From contig NC_068997.1 in NCBI RefSeq assembly GCF_001194135.2, positions 1,176,777 through 1,240,776 of the forward strand: a stretch of 64,000 nt of DNA, written 5' to 3'. This DNA is from Octopus bimaculoides (Eukaryota). The first letter of the stretch is position 1, and the number at the start of each line of letters is the position of its first letter. The notes beneath the pieces were generated by a model. The model was not told the DNA's origin. It saw only the letters and a program-made list of their open reading frames with translations, and made no database searches. Position numbers and translations under genes: made by a program. Of this stretch, positions 1 to 11,200 are shown piece after piece.

Positions 1-139
1 CCTTACAGCCAAATGGATAGACATACATACATACACACACATAGCCACATATGTATGTTTGTATTTATGTCAGCGTTAATAAAATATCTATTTACATTAT
101 GAGGTCAAGTTACTAATGAACGGTCTAGTGTTTCTTTGC

Positions 140-360
140 AATTTTACTTCCATCTCCACCACCACCGACACTACCATCTTCAAGACTATCACCTACTTCA
201 GTCAACACCACTATAACTATGAGAATCAGTACATCCAATTACCGCTACTATCATCATCGCCGCCGCCGCCGCCGCCGCCACCACCACCACCACTACCACC
301 ACTAATAGCAGCAGGAGCTGTACTATTAGCGCTACCAGTACCACCATTGCCTCTATCACA
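140..360. repeat. Low-complexity CCA/CCG/CTA trinucleotide-rich tract
   Basis: Runs such as ccgccgccgccgccgccaccaccacca; the poly-Pro and poly-Gly ORFs (116..385, 226..414) are by-products of the repeat. Confidence 0.8.
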
Positions 361-392
361 AAGCAGTGAGGGTACTTTTACGTGATCACTCG

Positions 393-550
393 ATGTGCTA
401 GAAACAACAGTCAAATATTCATTAAACCTGACTGTGGCTTGGATAATGTGACCTTGGATTCATTGTATACATAGAAAGATGAACTGGTATGACTAGAATG
501 CCTTTAATCATAGGTTTGCTTGGTGTGAGGCTAAACAATAACAGCAACAT
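393..550 (+). mobile_element. Unclassified interspersed repeat, family D (copy 1)
   Basis: Shares the motifs gctagaaa..cagccaaat, tggataatgt, gaatgcctttaatcataggt and ggctaaacaa..aac with copies at 3765-4200, 13855-14070, 14170-14370, 17060-17250 and 45712-45895. Confidence 0.6.
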
Positions 551-759
551 CTTTGCTTCTATCACCTCAAGTCAACCACCGACTCCTACAAGCCTTTAAC
601 AATCCCTTGACCATTTCCATCATAGCACTGACAATTACCATCGCCAACACCGCCGTCTTCCACCACTCTCACTGCTTCAAACTAGTCTTAGAATTACACT
701 CACTACATAGACTAAGATGAATCTGTACGTGTGTAGAATATTAATTTCTGAGGTTATAA

Positions 760-903
760 TGGGTGAAAGTCGTTTAGAAAAGTTATTCCTCTCAAGAGGC
801 GATAGAAGGATAGTGTCTTTGACACTAAATTAAGTGCGTTTCCATTCTTTTTCGGCCGTCAGAAAGTTAACCAGTTCATCACTATATATTTTGAAAGGGT
901 TAA
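760..903. mobile_element. Possible piggyBac-like MITE terminus
   Basis: Ends in AAAGGG-TTAA (894-903), the reverse complement of a TTAA-CCCTTT terminus; the partner end was not found. Confidence 0.25.
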
Positions 904-2373
904 ACGAGAGCGTCCACACGATAGTCATGATGTTGATTTAGTATATCATTATTTATTATTTTGGTGTCTGCTTTGGTGGTATTAACGAATTTTGTTTATT
1001 ATTTGTAATTTAGTTATGATCATTGAATGTAAAGTATGGATAACACATTTCTAACGTTTGTATTCTATCAGCTATATCTAAACCAGTGGCTAAATTTTTT
1101 CAGCAAAATTTTCTACAAGGGTGTAAAAGAGGACTCTGTGAATAGTCTGTTAGCTGATCACTTAAAGGGTTTAGTTTTATCCGACTACTCAAAATGATTG
1201 TTTCGCCAATTTTTTCTCTCAGTCTAACAATATCTGCCAACTTTGTATGCCTCAAATATTAAAGATATTATTTTCTCAGGAAGCCTTCTTCAATCGTAAT
1301 TTCAAATTGGTTTCTTCCTGCATGCATAAATGATCTGGGGCAGTAACACATTTAAAATCTTTCGCACACTCTAACAGGAAGTATAAGCTGTTAAGAATAC
1401 TTCCATTTTAGAACCTTTTTTAAGTTTTTGACATTTTACAAAATTTTCCTGTCATTTATCCTTTATGAAACAAAAAAATACGCATATATTACGCCTAAAG
1501 CTATTTTCACGCAGTTTCATCCAATTTCTATATTTCTAAATAATTTCCACATGAACTGATCTTTTGACATTTTAAAACCAATCATTTTAAACTCTTTATT
1601 TCAACCATGCCACTTCTTTATTGTTCTACCTGTTTATCGTTAATCACGCTCCGTATTCTCAACCATCATTCCTTTTCTCCTGACCTATTTAAGTTTTTTC
1701 CCCTCTTTTTCCTGCGTTCTGCTCTACTACCTATCTACACACACACACACACACATTGTCGAGAGTTTGATATTTGATATTTCATATAAAAAATGAGTAA
1801 TTGCAATACACACACACACACATACACACATATATCTAAACAAACATATGACTGTATGTTGGAAAATACAGAATACGAGGTGACTAGTGACGATTTGAGT
1901 CAATAACGACTGGTCTAATTCATGGTATAATTCTTATAAGAAATCTATGGAAGAAATATGTGTTTGTGTGTGTTTGTATTACCAACTATATGTGGACATT
2001 AATAGTAATATATTGGAACTAGATCAAAAGATTATCCGGAATGAAGAATTTCATGTCAGAGAGAAACAAAAGAGGAAGGTGAGAGAGTGTGTAGACTTTG
2101 ATTTATGTGTCTTACATTAGAATACAATATTCTATATTTGGTAAAATTGGAAGCACAAATTTGGGAAGGAAAATTTCCAGTCTACAGCATACAAGATCAG
2201 CCGAGCATGAAGTTGATAGACTCCCTTTTCATTAAGAGACGTGGTACTGCTGTATTCAAAGAAGTTGGCATTGGAATGAGATCGCGAGTTCAATCTCACA
2301 GCGTGTCGATTAAAACTTCGAGAGGGTTTTTGCAAAGTTAGATTTAATCCACCATCCGGTTTAGCAAACTTAC

Positions 2374-2442
2374 CTGACGCCCTTTGAATCACCTGAATGG
2401 AGTTAAACATTTTTCTACCACCTTGGTCAGAACTCCACTCAC
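2374..2442 (-). CDS. Candidate 69-nt internal coding exon (phase 1-1), unknown protein: (G)EWSSDQGGRKMFNSIQVIQRAS
   Basis: Minus strand reads gtttttatcagtttcag|GTGAGTGG...GGCGTCAG|gtaagt: good acceptor, consensus donor, length divisible by 3, open frame, non-repetitive sequence. Confidence 0.45.
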
Positions 2443-2497
2443 CTGAAACTGATAAAAACCTTATATATATATATGTAAATATATATATATAAATTAT

Positions 2498-2529
<32 letters not shown>

Positions 2530-2997
2530 NNNNNNNNNNNNNNNNNNNNNNNNNNNNNNNNNNNNNNNNNNNNNNNNNNNNNNNNNNNNNNNNNNNNNNN
2601 NNNNNNNNNNNNNNNNNNNNNNNNNNNNNNNNNNNNNNNNNNNNNNNNNNNNNNNNNNNNNNNNNNNNNNNNNNNNNNNNNNNNNNNNNNNNNNNNNNNN
2701 NNNNNNNNNNNNNNNNNNNNNNNNNNNNNNNNNNNNNNNNNNNNNNNNNNNNNNNNNNNNNNNNNNNNNNNNNNNNNNNNNNNNNNNNNNNNNNNNNNNN
2801 NNNNNNNNNNNNNNNNNNNNNNNNNNNNNNNNNNNNNNNNNNNNNNNNNNNNNNNNNNNNNNNNNNNNNNNNNNNNNNNNNNNNNNNNNNNNNNNNNNNN
2901 NNNNNNNNNNNNNNNNNNNNNNNNNNNNNNNNNNNNNNNNNNNNNNNNNNNNNNNNNNNNNNNNNNNNNNNNNNNNNNNNNNNNNNNNNNNNNNNNN
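2530..2997. other. Assembly gap (N-run) flanked by (AT)n; other long gaps at 43418-44130, 48345-48744, 49587-50133, 57946-58402; 10-N gaps at 10376-10385, 46730-46739, 59473-59482, 60938-60947
   Basis: N characters in the sequence; all X-rich ORFs in the track derive from these gaps. Confidence 0.99.
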
Positions 2998-3039
<42 letters not shown>

Positions 3040-3764
3040 GTATATACATATAGATGTATGCGTATAGATACATATATAATGTGTATATATAATACACACA
3101 CACAATTATATATGGAGATGTATTTTATAAATTCATCAGGAGTTGATGATCTAACCAAACAGATTAAGTGATAATTGTCTGTATAACATTTGGTCTGCTT
3201 GAAATATAATCTTTATTTATCAATACTTATTTTGATACTGTCAGGTTAGATACTAAAGTACACCATATTAGTACAAAATTACTCTGGATTTCTTTGCATG
3301 TATTTGACAACATCAATTTCTATATTAGCTATTGTTTGGCGTCTGTTAGTTTTGTCTTGGATGTATTATTCAATATCTAATTCAGGTTAAAAAGAAAAAA
3401 ATGCAAAAGCAAAAAAACAAAGCAAAAACAAAGAAAGAGATAAATGTTTGACTGTTAAACTTTAACATAAACTTTTAATTGAACTGAGACAGAGCTCTCT
3501 CATATATTCTCATGTTAACAACTAGCAGAACAGATACATAATTGAATAGAATGCTTTCTTTTGAAACTCAATAAAAACGCTGGAAGTGGATTTGAACTCA
3601 TGTCTTATGAACAGGCAGTTCCATGCATTAATACAGTGAGCACCTGACGTCTACTGTTTTAATAAATATATAATACAATTCAGTGTGTGTGTATGTGTGT
3701 GTATGTGTGTGTGTGCTGTGTGTGTTTTAAGATACTAAGGATATCTACTCCAGAGTAAAGGTGG

Positions 3765-4200
3765 AGGCCCTCTTCGTTGTTGCTTGACCTACTAGAAAGA
3801 GCCGCCAACTTTCCCCCCAATTGCAGTTACTGTCTTGAATAAGGAAGGAACACACTTGGTAATATTGGTTTTAAATTTTGGAACAAGACCAGCTATTTCA
3901 GAGTGGAAGGAAGTCGATTACATCGATCCTAGTGCTCAACCGGTACTTATCTTATCGACCCTGAAAGATGAAATGTAAAGTTGACCTCGGCGGAATTTGA
4001 ACTCAGAACGTAGTCAGACGAAATGCCGCTATGCATTTTGACCGGCGTGCTAACGATCCTGTAAACTTGCCACCTTAACACATTTGATAACAGGGACCAA
4101 GACATACATTTAAAAAGACAGGATGGTCAGGACTAGGATGTCACTTTCAACAGAACCATTGTGGATCAAGGTTGAACTGAGCTAATTAACAGACCTGTAC
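3765..4200 (+). mobile_element. Family D repeat split by a SINE-A insertion
   Basis: Family D 5' half at 3765-3865 and 3' half at 4077-4200; near-duplicated flanks aacacacttggtaa / aacacatttgataa around the SINE. Confidence 0.6.
3866..4076 (-). mobile_element. tRNA-derived SINE, family A
   Basis: Reverse complement gives head ggtggcaagtttacaggatcgttagcacgccgg, B-box gagttcaaattcc and a central ctttcag..gtcgataagataagtacc domain. Probably one of the described octopus tRNA SINEs (OK/OR1/OR2); identity not verified. Confidence 0.85.
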
Positions 4201-4676
4201 TCACTTCGTACGAGGCTGCAAAATTAATGCCGATTGTAAAACATTTGCAAGAGTGTCAATAACGTCAGAGAAACAATCTTTGTGATTCATGATTTAAAAA
4301 GCATTCTTGCCTGCTTCCATCATTGTAATTAGGCGCTGTGGGAATCGTATCTTAATTTGTTCAATTGATGCAGAATGGAATAATCTGGAAATTCTTCATG
4401 GTTAATTCGTATTCTGAAAAAGAAATCGAAGAAAGTAAAAAAAGAATTAGCAACAATGACCGCAAATAAAAGAAAGAAATGAAGCTAAAATAAATACTGC
4501 AAAAAAACAACGATAATAAAAACAACAACAACAACATCTAGGAATAATGAATGGATTTTTGAAAAGAAAATTTGAGAAATATCTTCTAGCATGTATCTTA
4601 ATTCAATTTATCTCATTTATTGTGAATGTGTATATATAAAAGAAAAACTAAATTGCAGATTAAGTTGTTTTAAAGA

Positions 4677-4677
<1 letters not shown>

Positions 4678-4746
<69 letters not shown>

Positions 4747-4752
4747 GTAGTA

Positions 4753-4788
<36 letters not shown>

Positions 4789-4800
4789 TTAATAATAATA
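4678..4800. repeat. (AAT)n microsatellite forming the (ATT)n tail side of the adjacent minus-strand SINE-A
   Basis: Direct reading of the sequence. Confidence 0.95.
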
Positions 4801-4986
4801 ACAAGGCCAGCAGTTTCGGGGGTGAGGTAAGTCGATTACATCGACCCCAGTGCTCAGCTGGTACTCGAAAGGATAAAAGCACCAGTTGAGCCCAGCGGAG
4901 TTTTAGCTCAGAACGTAAAGACTGACGAAATGTCGCAGACAGTACACTGCCCGGTGTACTATCTATTCTACCATCTCGCCACCTTT
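4801..4986 (-). mobile_element. SINE family A
   Basis: gtcgattacatcgaccccagtgctcagctggtact...ctcagaacgtaaagac...tctcgccacctt matches the other copies. Confidence 0.85.
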
Positions 4987-6069
4987 GAATAATAAGAATG
5001 CTTTTATGCATTGATCCTAGTTTTGGGTACAAAGATGATCTAGAAATTCTAACACATTTTCCAGTCGTGTTCAATTGAAGAATAGGAAATGCTAGGTGAA
5101 GATGACAAATAGAGACAAAACGTTCGATATTTAAATGGGAACCTGTGAAGCAACTGAAATGTGTGAATTGGAAAGTTTCTTTTATATAAGAAATCTTGAA
5201 TTCATAGTCAGTATTACTAACATGAACTTTATGGAAACAATAATCAAATGATCTTGAAAAGCAGGAATAGGCACATATGGAACGCGATAAGGGAACAAAA
5301 CGTTATGTTTGAAGACAACTGTAGAAACTGCAATACGTAGAAACTCCGTTGATAATAATTAGATAACAATTGCCAGCTTCATGGATACAACCTAAGGTTT
5401 ATATGGCCTTTTCTATGAAACTAAGCATACAGCTCTTATATACTCACACATAATCCAATCCTTCACCAAATGATATTAAGCAATGCACATAGCAACAAGC
5501 GATTGTATAATGTAGCTTTTCCTCTCACCAAATGATTCTAAAGGATCGAAGCCTGCTACAACCAGGTACCCATAACGATTTTAAAAACAAAACAGCTAGA
5601 ACAGATAACAGCTAAACCCTCTCCGAAGAGAGATGAGCATGCTCTGGTTCATTGCGCTCTTCAACAAGAGCCCCATCGACTGAATGGTGAAGTAATTCCT
5701 CTTCTTATTCAGCAAATATTTCTACAAAAAAAAAAAAAGACACCAAATCACGCATATTATTCAACAAAAATAACATAAATAATATGAAAACTAGTTATTC
5801 TGCAAATCCTTTCATTACATAATACATTACCATACTGACAGGGCAAAGTGGAGATAGCCGTAATTGCCAAATCTGAGTTGGGTCCCCCGCATCGCCAATA
5901 CACGAATGATTGTCTTGTGTATTAAACCACGAAGAAATCCAATATCTCTTATATCGGTCTAACAAAATGTGTTTAAGAGTAGATTATAGAAATACGAGAT
6001 TTTTCAATTCGAACCAGAACGAAATGCTACATAGTTCTTGAAGCCTAACCAGTAGAAGAATGTAAGGAA

Positions 6070-6097
6070 CCTCCTCCTCCTCCTCCTCCTCCTCCTC

Positions 6098-6143
<46 letters not shown>
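6070..6143. repeat. Compound (CCT)n(ACT)n microsatellite
   Basis: Direct reading of the sequence. Confidence 0.95.
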
Positions 6144-6144
<1 letters not shown>

Positions 6145-6236
6145 GGTCTGTGTGCTTGTGTGCGAATAGAGGCAAAATATCTGAGAAACTCATCAATTTT
6201 ATGAAATAAGCCTTCCATTCTTTTAGTCGAATTGGA

Positions 6237-6680
6237 GGTGCGGGTGTGGCTGTGTGGTAAGAAGCTTGCTCCCCAACCACATGGCTCCGTTTTCAGTTCC
6301 ACCACATGACACCTTGGGGAAAGTATCTTCCACTGTATCCCCGGGCCGACCAAAGCCTTGTGAGTGGATTTGGTAGACGGAAACTGAAAGAAACTCGTCA
6401 TATATATGTATATATATATATCTATGTACGTTTGTGTGTGCGGTGTGTTGTGTGTCTTTGCATCTGTGTTTGTCCCCTTACCATCGCTTGACAACCGGTG
6501 CTGGAGTGTTTACGTCCCCGTAACCTAACCGCTCGGCAACAAAGAACGATCCACTAAGTACCAGGCTTTAAGAAATAAGTAAGTACTGGGGTCAATACAT
6601 CGACTAAAAATGCTTTAAGGCATTGTCCCAGCATGGCCACAGTCTAATGACTGAAAGAAGTCAAAGATAAAAGATATTCT
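6237..6680 (+). mobile_element. tRNA-derived SINE, family B (CORE-like central motif, internal TA/GT microsatellite)
   Basis: Head gtggctgtgtggtaagaagcttgct..caaccacatgg with A/B-box-like motifs; acaccttggggaaagtatctt resembles the CORE-SINE core; 3' cagcatggccacagtctaatgactgaaa. Other copies at 7965, 31150, 49370, 56445 and 60715. Confidence 0.85.
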
Positions 6681-7659
6681 GCCTCGCTGTGAAATAAAAG
6701 ACTTGCTCAACGAGAGTTTATTTACCAGAAATATTAGACTCGTTTACTCTTCATGGTCTATTGAAACCTAGAAATACTTGTAGATCATAATTATACTTTT
6801 GTCTCTATTTCTCTCGCAAAAGTATAACACTTCTTAGAATAAATTCGATCGTCTCTGGGTATTTAATACTAGTTAAAAGAATAAGAAATAAAATGCCTTT
6901 ATTTAGGCAAACTTCTATGTGTTTGACACTTAATATCCCGGAAACTATAAATAGTATCCTAAGAACACCGATGATTATTGTAATCTGTAAGACTATGAGC
7001 TAGATTCTATCGAAGGAATATGGAAAATGGTTAAAAGAGGAAACTTTAAAAAGCGAAAAGTACGTGAGAAAATGCATTAATTTACTTGGATGTACTCTAA
7101 TTTTGAAAAATCATTAATTAATAATTATATTAATGTGGACACAGTTGTATAGTTAATGCGTGCGGGTATTTCATCACAAGCTGATGCGGCCCGCTACTGG
7201 TACCATGTAAACCAGTACTACTTGTTCCATGGCCGAGTGGTCGGCACCTAACCAAGCTCTCGTAGTTGAGCATCCTGTGACTCACTTCAGGAAAGTGTCT
7301 GGACACCCAGCAGGACTAAAATCGAGACCTACCAAAAGCCGGATGAGCTCCGTCTGAAATAACGGCCGTCTAATTGAGAAAAGCAATATCATATAATCTC
7401 AATATCTTTGCTAAGAAAGCACTCAGAAAATCAGAACGATGTAAACGCTGTGGCTTTATCCGATGGGAGAACTGACGCTTAATAGGGAAGACTTTCGTTG
7501 TAGTGTCATCAACGGTCAGCAAAGCGTACGATACACGACAACGACAACGGACACAGATGGAATGGTTGTGGCATGAAAAGTTCTGCTCCACGTTAAAATG
7601 TTGGAGAATATATTTGGACACGAAGTTAAATATAAAACTTGAAGTATGACAATCAATAT

Positions 7660-7722
7660 TACATAATTAAGTCGGTGAGCTGGCAGAATTGTTTGCTCTC
7701 CGGGCAAAATGTTTAGCAGCAT
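7660..7722 (+). mobile_element. SINE-A 5' head fragment
   Basis: aagtcggtgagctggcagaattgtttgctctccgggcaaaatgtttagcagca matches the family A head. Confidence 0.7.
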
Positions 7723-7724
7723 AG

Positions 7725-7905
7725 TCACATCGAAAAATACCTTAGGAATGAGAACCCAGGTTCGAAATTTTCCCAAGACACCTGAAGAAGGCTGGAAGGT
7801 ATATCAGCCGAAACGTTGTGTTAACAAACAAGATGAGGACAAATATCCGTCGAATGTAAATAATGTAAATAATGTACATAATTCTTCATCTCTTAAATAT
7901 AGAAC
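7725..7905 (+). mobile_element. Penelope-like element terminal (pLTR) fragment
   Basis: Contains the cctgaagaagg...ccgaaacgtt hammerhead-type motif typical of PLE termini, followed by an AT-rich tail with tgtaaataa repeats. Confidence 0.6.
7777..7822 (+). ncRNA. Minimal type I hammerhead ribozyme motif (Penelope-associated)
   Basis: GACAC-CUGAAGA-A-GGCUG(gaagguauau)CAGCC-GAAAC-GUU-GUGUU: stem I GACAC/GUGUU, stem II GGCUG/CAGCC, palindromic AACGUU stem III. Confidence 0.6.
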
Positions 7906-7964
7906 TACATTACAAAATTAATTGCTTCAAATTAGTTTTATATTTGAATTATACCACAAATTTA

Positions 7965-8355
7965 ATCTCTTGTACTTGTTTCAAGTCATTTGACTGCAGC
8001 CATACTGGAGCACAACCTCGGAAGGTTTTAGTCGAACAAATCAACCCAGGTCATTTAAAAATTTTATTTAAACTAAAAAATGGCCTGGGGTACTTATTTT
8101 TTGTCTCTTTTGTTGAACTGCAAAGTTACGGCTGCATAAACGCACCAACACCGGTTGTCAAGCAGTGATGAGTGGACAAATACAAAGAAATAAATGACAG
8201 GATTCTTTCAGTTTCCATCTACCAAATCCACTCACAAACCTTTAGTCGGCCCGAGGCAATAGTAGAAGTCACTTTCCCAAGGTGCTGCGCAGTGGGACTG
8301 AACCCAGAACCATCTGGTTGGGAAGCAAACTTCTTACCACACAGCTACGTCTACA
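7965..8355 (-). mobile_element. SINE family B
   Basis: Reverse complement of the family B head (gtggtaagaagtttgcttcccaaccagatggttctgggttcagtcccactgcgcagcaccttggg) and of the 3' part. Confidence 0.85.
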
Positions 8356-9179
8356 CCTGTTACTGTTTCACATAACAGTTGAGGACATGTGCCTGCATGT
8401 ATTCATGAAATTTTCAGTTTTCACCGATGGTATACACACCCGGTGGTGGTAGTGATGGGGGAAACGTTGGTCGTATATTTGAAAACCCTCCACTACGTGG
8501 GGGGGGGGGGCTAAATTCCTGGCTTTAGGAAATTGATTTCCACTTAAGTAGTTACCGATGATGTTGTCGATTAATCTGTTGCTGTCAATGAAAATACGCG
8601 CACTAAAACTCTCAAAAACGTTTATAGATTGCAGTTAATTACGCAAATGCTTCCTAATTGGTAGCAGTATTTTGAAAGCGACATTTCTAGATTATCTCGT
8701 ACCTATTCCAAACATTAAAATAACTTGAAGTATATAAAAATTGTCATAACAAATTTGAAGTAAATGTTTATAGAAGGGTACACTAATATGGTATATATCT
8801 TCCATTTTGTATTCTATCAAAATAAATGGAATTGCATTTTGGCAACCGAGTAACAATGAAAATTAGTTATTCAAGTTATCCATAAGTTCCCGAACAATAT
8901 CAAAATGATGCAACATGGAATAGCCAAACAAAATGAATAAATCACACACACACACACATACATATCTTATATATAGTAATTTACATACAATTCCATTGAG
9001 AATTTCCTGGAAATATATTTCGTGACTTCGTGTTCAAAAGAGAATTGATGGAGTTAAATTATTCAATGTTCTGAATGTAAAACTATTTGATAATTTCCGT
9101 GAAACCAGATAATATCTTATCGAGTATTTTATATACTTCAGCATTGAGCTGAATAACGAAATATCATGTGTAAAAGGTA

Positions 9180-11200
9180 AATTAGGATTTCATAATGGTC
9201 AAAACAAACAATATTAATATAACAAGCGTACTACTTTTGTAGTTTAGTTTAGCCAGCAAGGTTAAGGTCATAGTGAAACAAGAATATATATATATATATA
9301 TATATGATAGAAATATGTTACAAAAAGAAAATAGAGTTACACGCAGAAATGTAAGGAGAAAGTTAGTAGAAAAATTAGCGAAAACACACATTAGAAATCA
9401 AAAGAAGTAAAGGCTTTTTATGAAAAGTAACGATAGATATATATACAATTAGATGAGCTGAGGTAAGAATAAAAGTAATAAAAGTCATTATTGTGAATTG
9501 TTAAAGAGATTCAAAAGCATTCCGGCTTCGTAAAATTACTGACCACTACTTTGAATACACACCGATTAGAGAACGGTGTCGGCTCTACTAGTCCCTGAGT
9601 AAAAATATTATGTGTAAGGGAGATAAGTAGTTCTGGATTTGGTGCAATTAAGGTAGATATAGATCTGTAATGTGAATGGTGTATGGGATGTATGGGGGTT
9701 AGTGGTATTAATTGAAAGGTTAGTAGTGTTCTGTATTAAGTTATGTGTTCATATTGAGTTGTGGAAGATATTTATTTATGAAAGTTGCCTCTTCATTCTT
9801 TGTTGTACTGAGGTGTTCTGTGAACATTGACAGAAGGGGAAAATTAGGAAATTAGGATTAAGGTTCCTAGCACACCTTTCTATGTGTTCACTGACTTGTA
9901 TCTGTCTGTATTGTGGGTGGCAGATTTGTTCTTTGTGGAGAGTGGTTCTTCGACGGAGTGATATTCCTGTTTGGCCAATATAATTATTACCACACCCTAA
10001 GCATGTAATGGCATAGAATAGGTTTTCCGAGGCACAGGTGACATTTGATTTAATCTTAAATATTTCATCTTGTTTAAAGTGGAACTATGAACCCTCCAAA
10101 AGGTGGGGGCATGTATCACAGTTAGGTCAACCACATTTTTTCACTTTTGGTTCCGTTGTTAATAGATATAGTCTTGCGCTAGTTAATATGTTTTTTCAAT
10201 GATTTAGGTTGCATTTTGCTTTTGATAATTTTGTGCGAGCCTAAAATTTTGTTCATTGTTTTATCTCCTGAGAGAATGGGTAGATTTTGGATGATAATGT
10301 TGAAGGCTTCGTTGTTTCTAGGGTTATGTGTGGATATGTATGGGAGTATTTTAAAGTCTGGTTTAGTATTTCGGTNNNNNNNNNNGTATGGGAGTATTTT
10401 AAAGTCTGGTTTAGTATTTCGGTTGACTTCCCTTAATGTTCGTATATCTATTTCCTTAGCTCGTTTAATGCCATCATTTATTAATAATATTGGGTAATGT
10501 GTCTTGATTAGTATTGATCTGAGTTCAAGGAGTCTTCGTTCACGAGTATAGGTGTCCGAAACTATGGTACAGACTCTTTTCGCTAGATTATAAGGTATGT
10601 TAATTTTTATGTGTTTGGGGTGCATGAGTTGAATAATAGGTATTGTTTAGAATCTGTGGGCTTATAGATGTCTGTTTCGATGTGGTGTTTGACTATTTTA
10701 ATTAGGATGTCAAGAAAAGGGTGTTGTTTACTGCTGTGCTCCATGGTGAATTGTATGTTGCTATTAATATTGTTAAGCATTATTTTGAAATCGAGGAGTT
10801 TGTCCATGCTGTCTTTCCAAAGTATAAAGCAATCGTCCAAATACAGCTTCCAGTTCTCCTTTAAATAGCAATGAAATGAGGTGCCGTATTTTTGTAGTGA
10901 TGATTGGTATATTTTAAGTTCTAGGTAACTCATTACAATGCAGGCTTTGTGTGTGTAGTTTGAAAATAAGGAGACGTTATTTGGTATTGCTTGAAAGCCA
11001 CTTAATTTTACCAGTAGTGACATCGTATGGCATTAAAAAGAAACCATCGAAATTTCGAACTAATGTCATGAAGGTTTCGTTGAATTTTGGTGGAATCGCA
11101 ACTAATGACAGAATTTAAAACGGCATTTTGGAAGGTTTGAGAATTTGTGGATAGCTTTGTTATTTCTTGATAATCATTTTATATTTGTTACTGTTGTGAC
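9180..11200 (-). mobile_element. Degenerate Penelope-like retroelement (RT plus GIY-YIG endonuclease), 5'-truncated
   Basis: Minus-strand fragments WKLYLDDCFILW (RT YxDD), HPFLDILI, KPTDSKQYL, HPKHIKINIPYNLAKRVCTIVS, and a GIY-YIG segment YAITCLGCGNNYIGQTG near 9960-10030; frameshifted. Outer boundaries approximate. Confidence 0.9.

Noticed and set aside
116-414. Poly-Pro and poly-Gly ORFs on both strands
   Set aside because: Produced by CCG/CCA trinucleotide repeats; no splice or domain support.
2132-3158. Long ORFs of 200-320 aa here and at 43249-44199, 48240-49022, 49320-50232 and 57767-58513
   Set aside because: They consist of N-gap X residues and (AT)n/(CA)n translations.
5530-5780. 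ATG-less open frame (RIEACYNQVPITILKTKQLEQITAKPSPKRDEHALVHCALQQEPHRLNGEV...)
   Set aside because: No start codon, no convincing splice sites and no recognisable domain.
9520-9565. Possible very degenerate hammerhead in the Penelope 3' region (minus strand)
   Set aside because: Core nucleotides are too altered to support a call.
10339-10422. ~37-bp direct repeat on both sides of a 10-N gap inside Penelope
   Set aside because: Typical unmerged contig overlap; an assembly artefact rather than a biological duplication.
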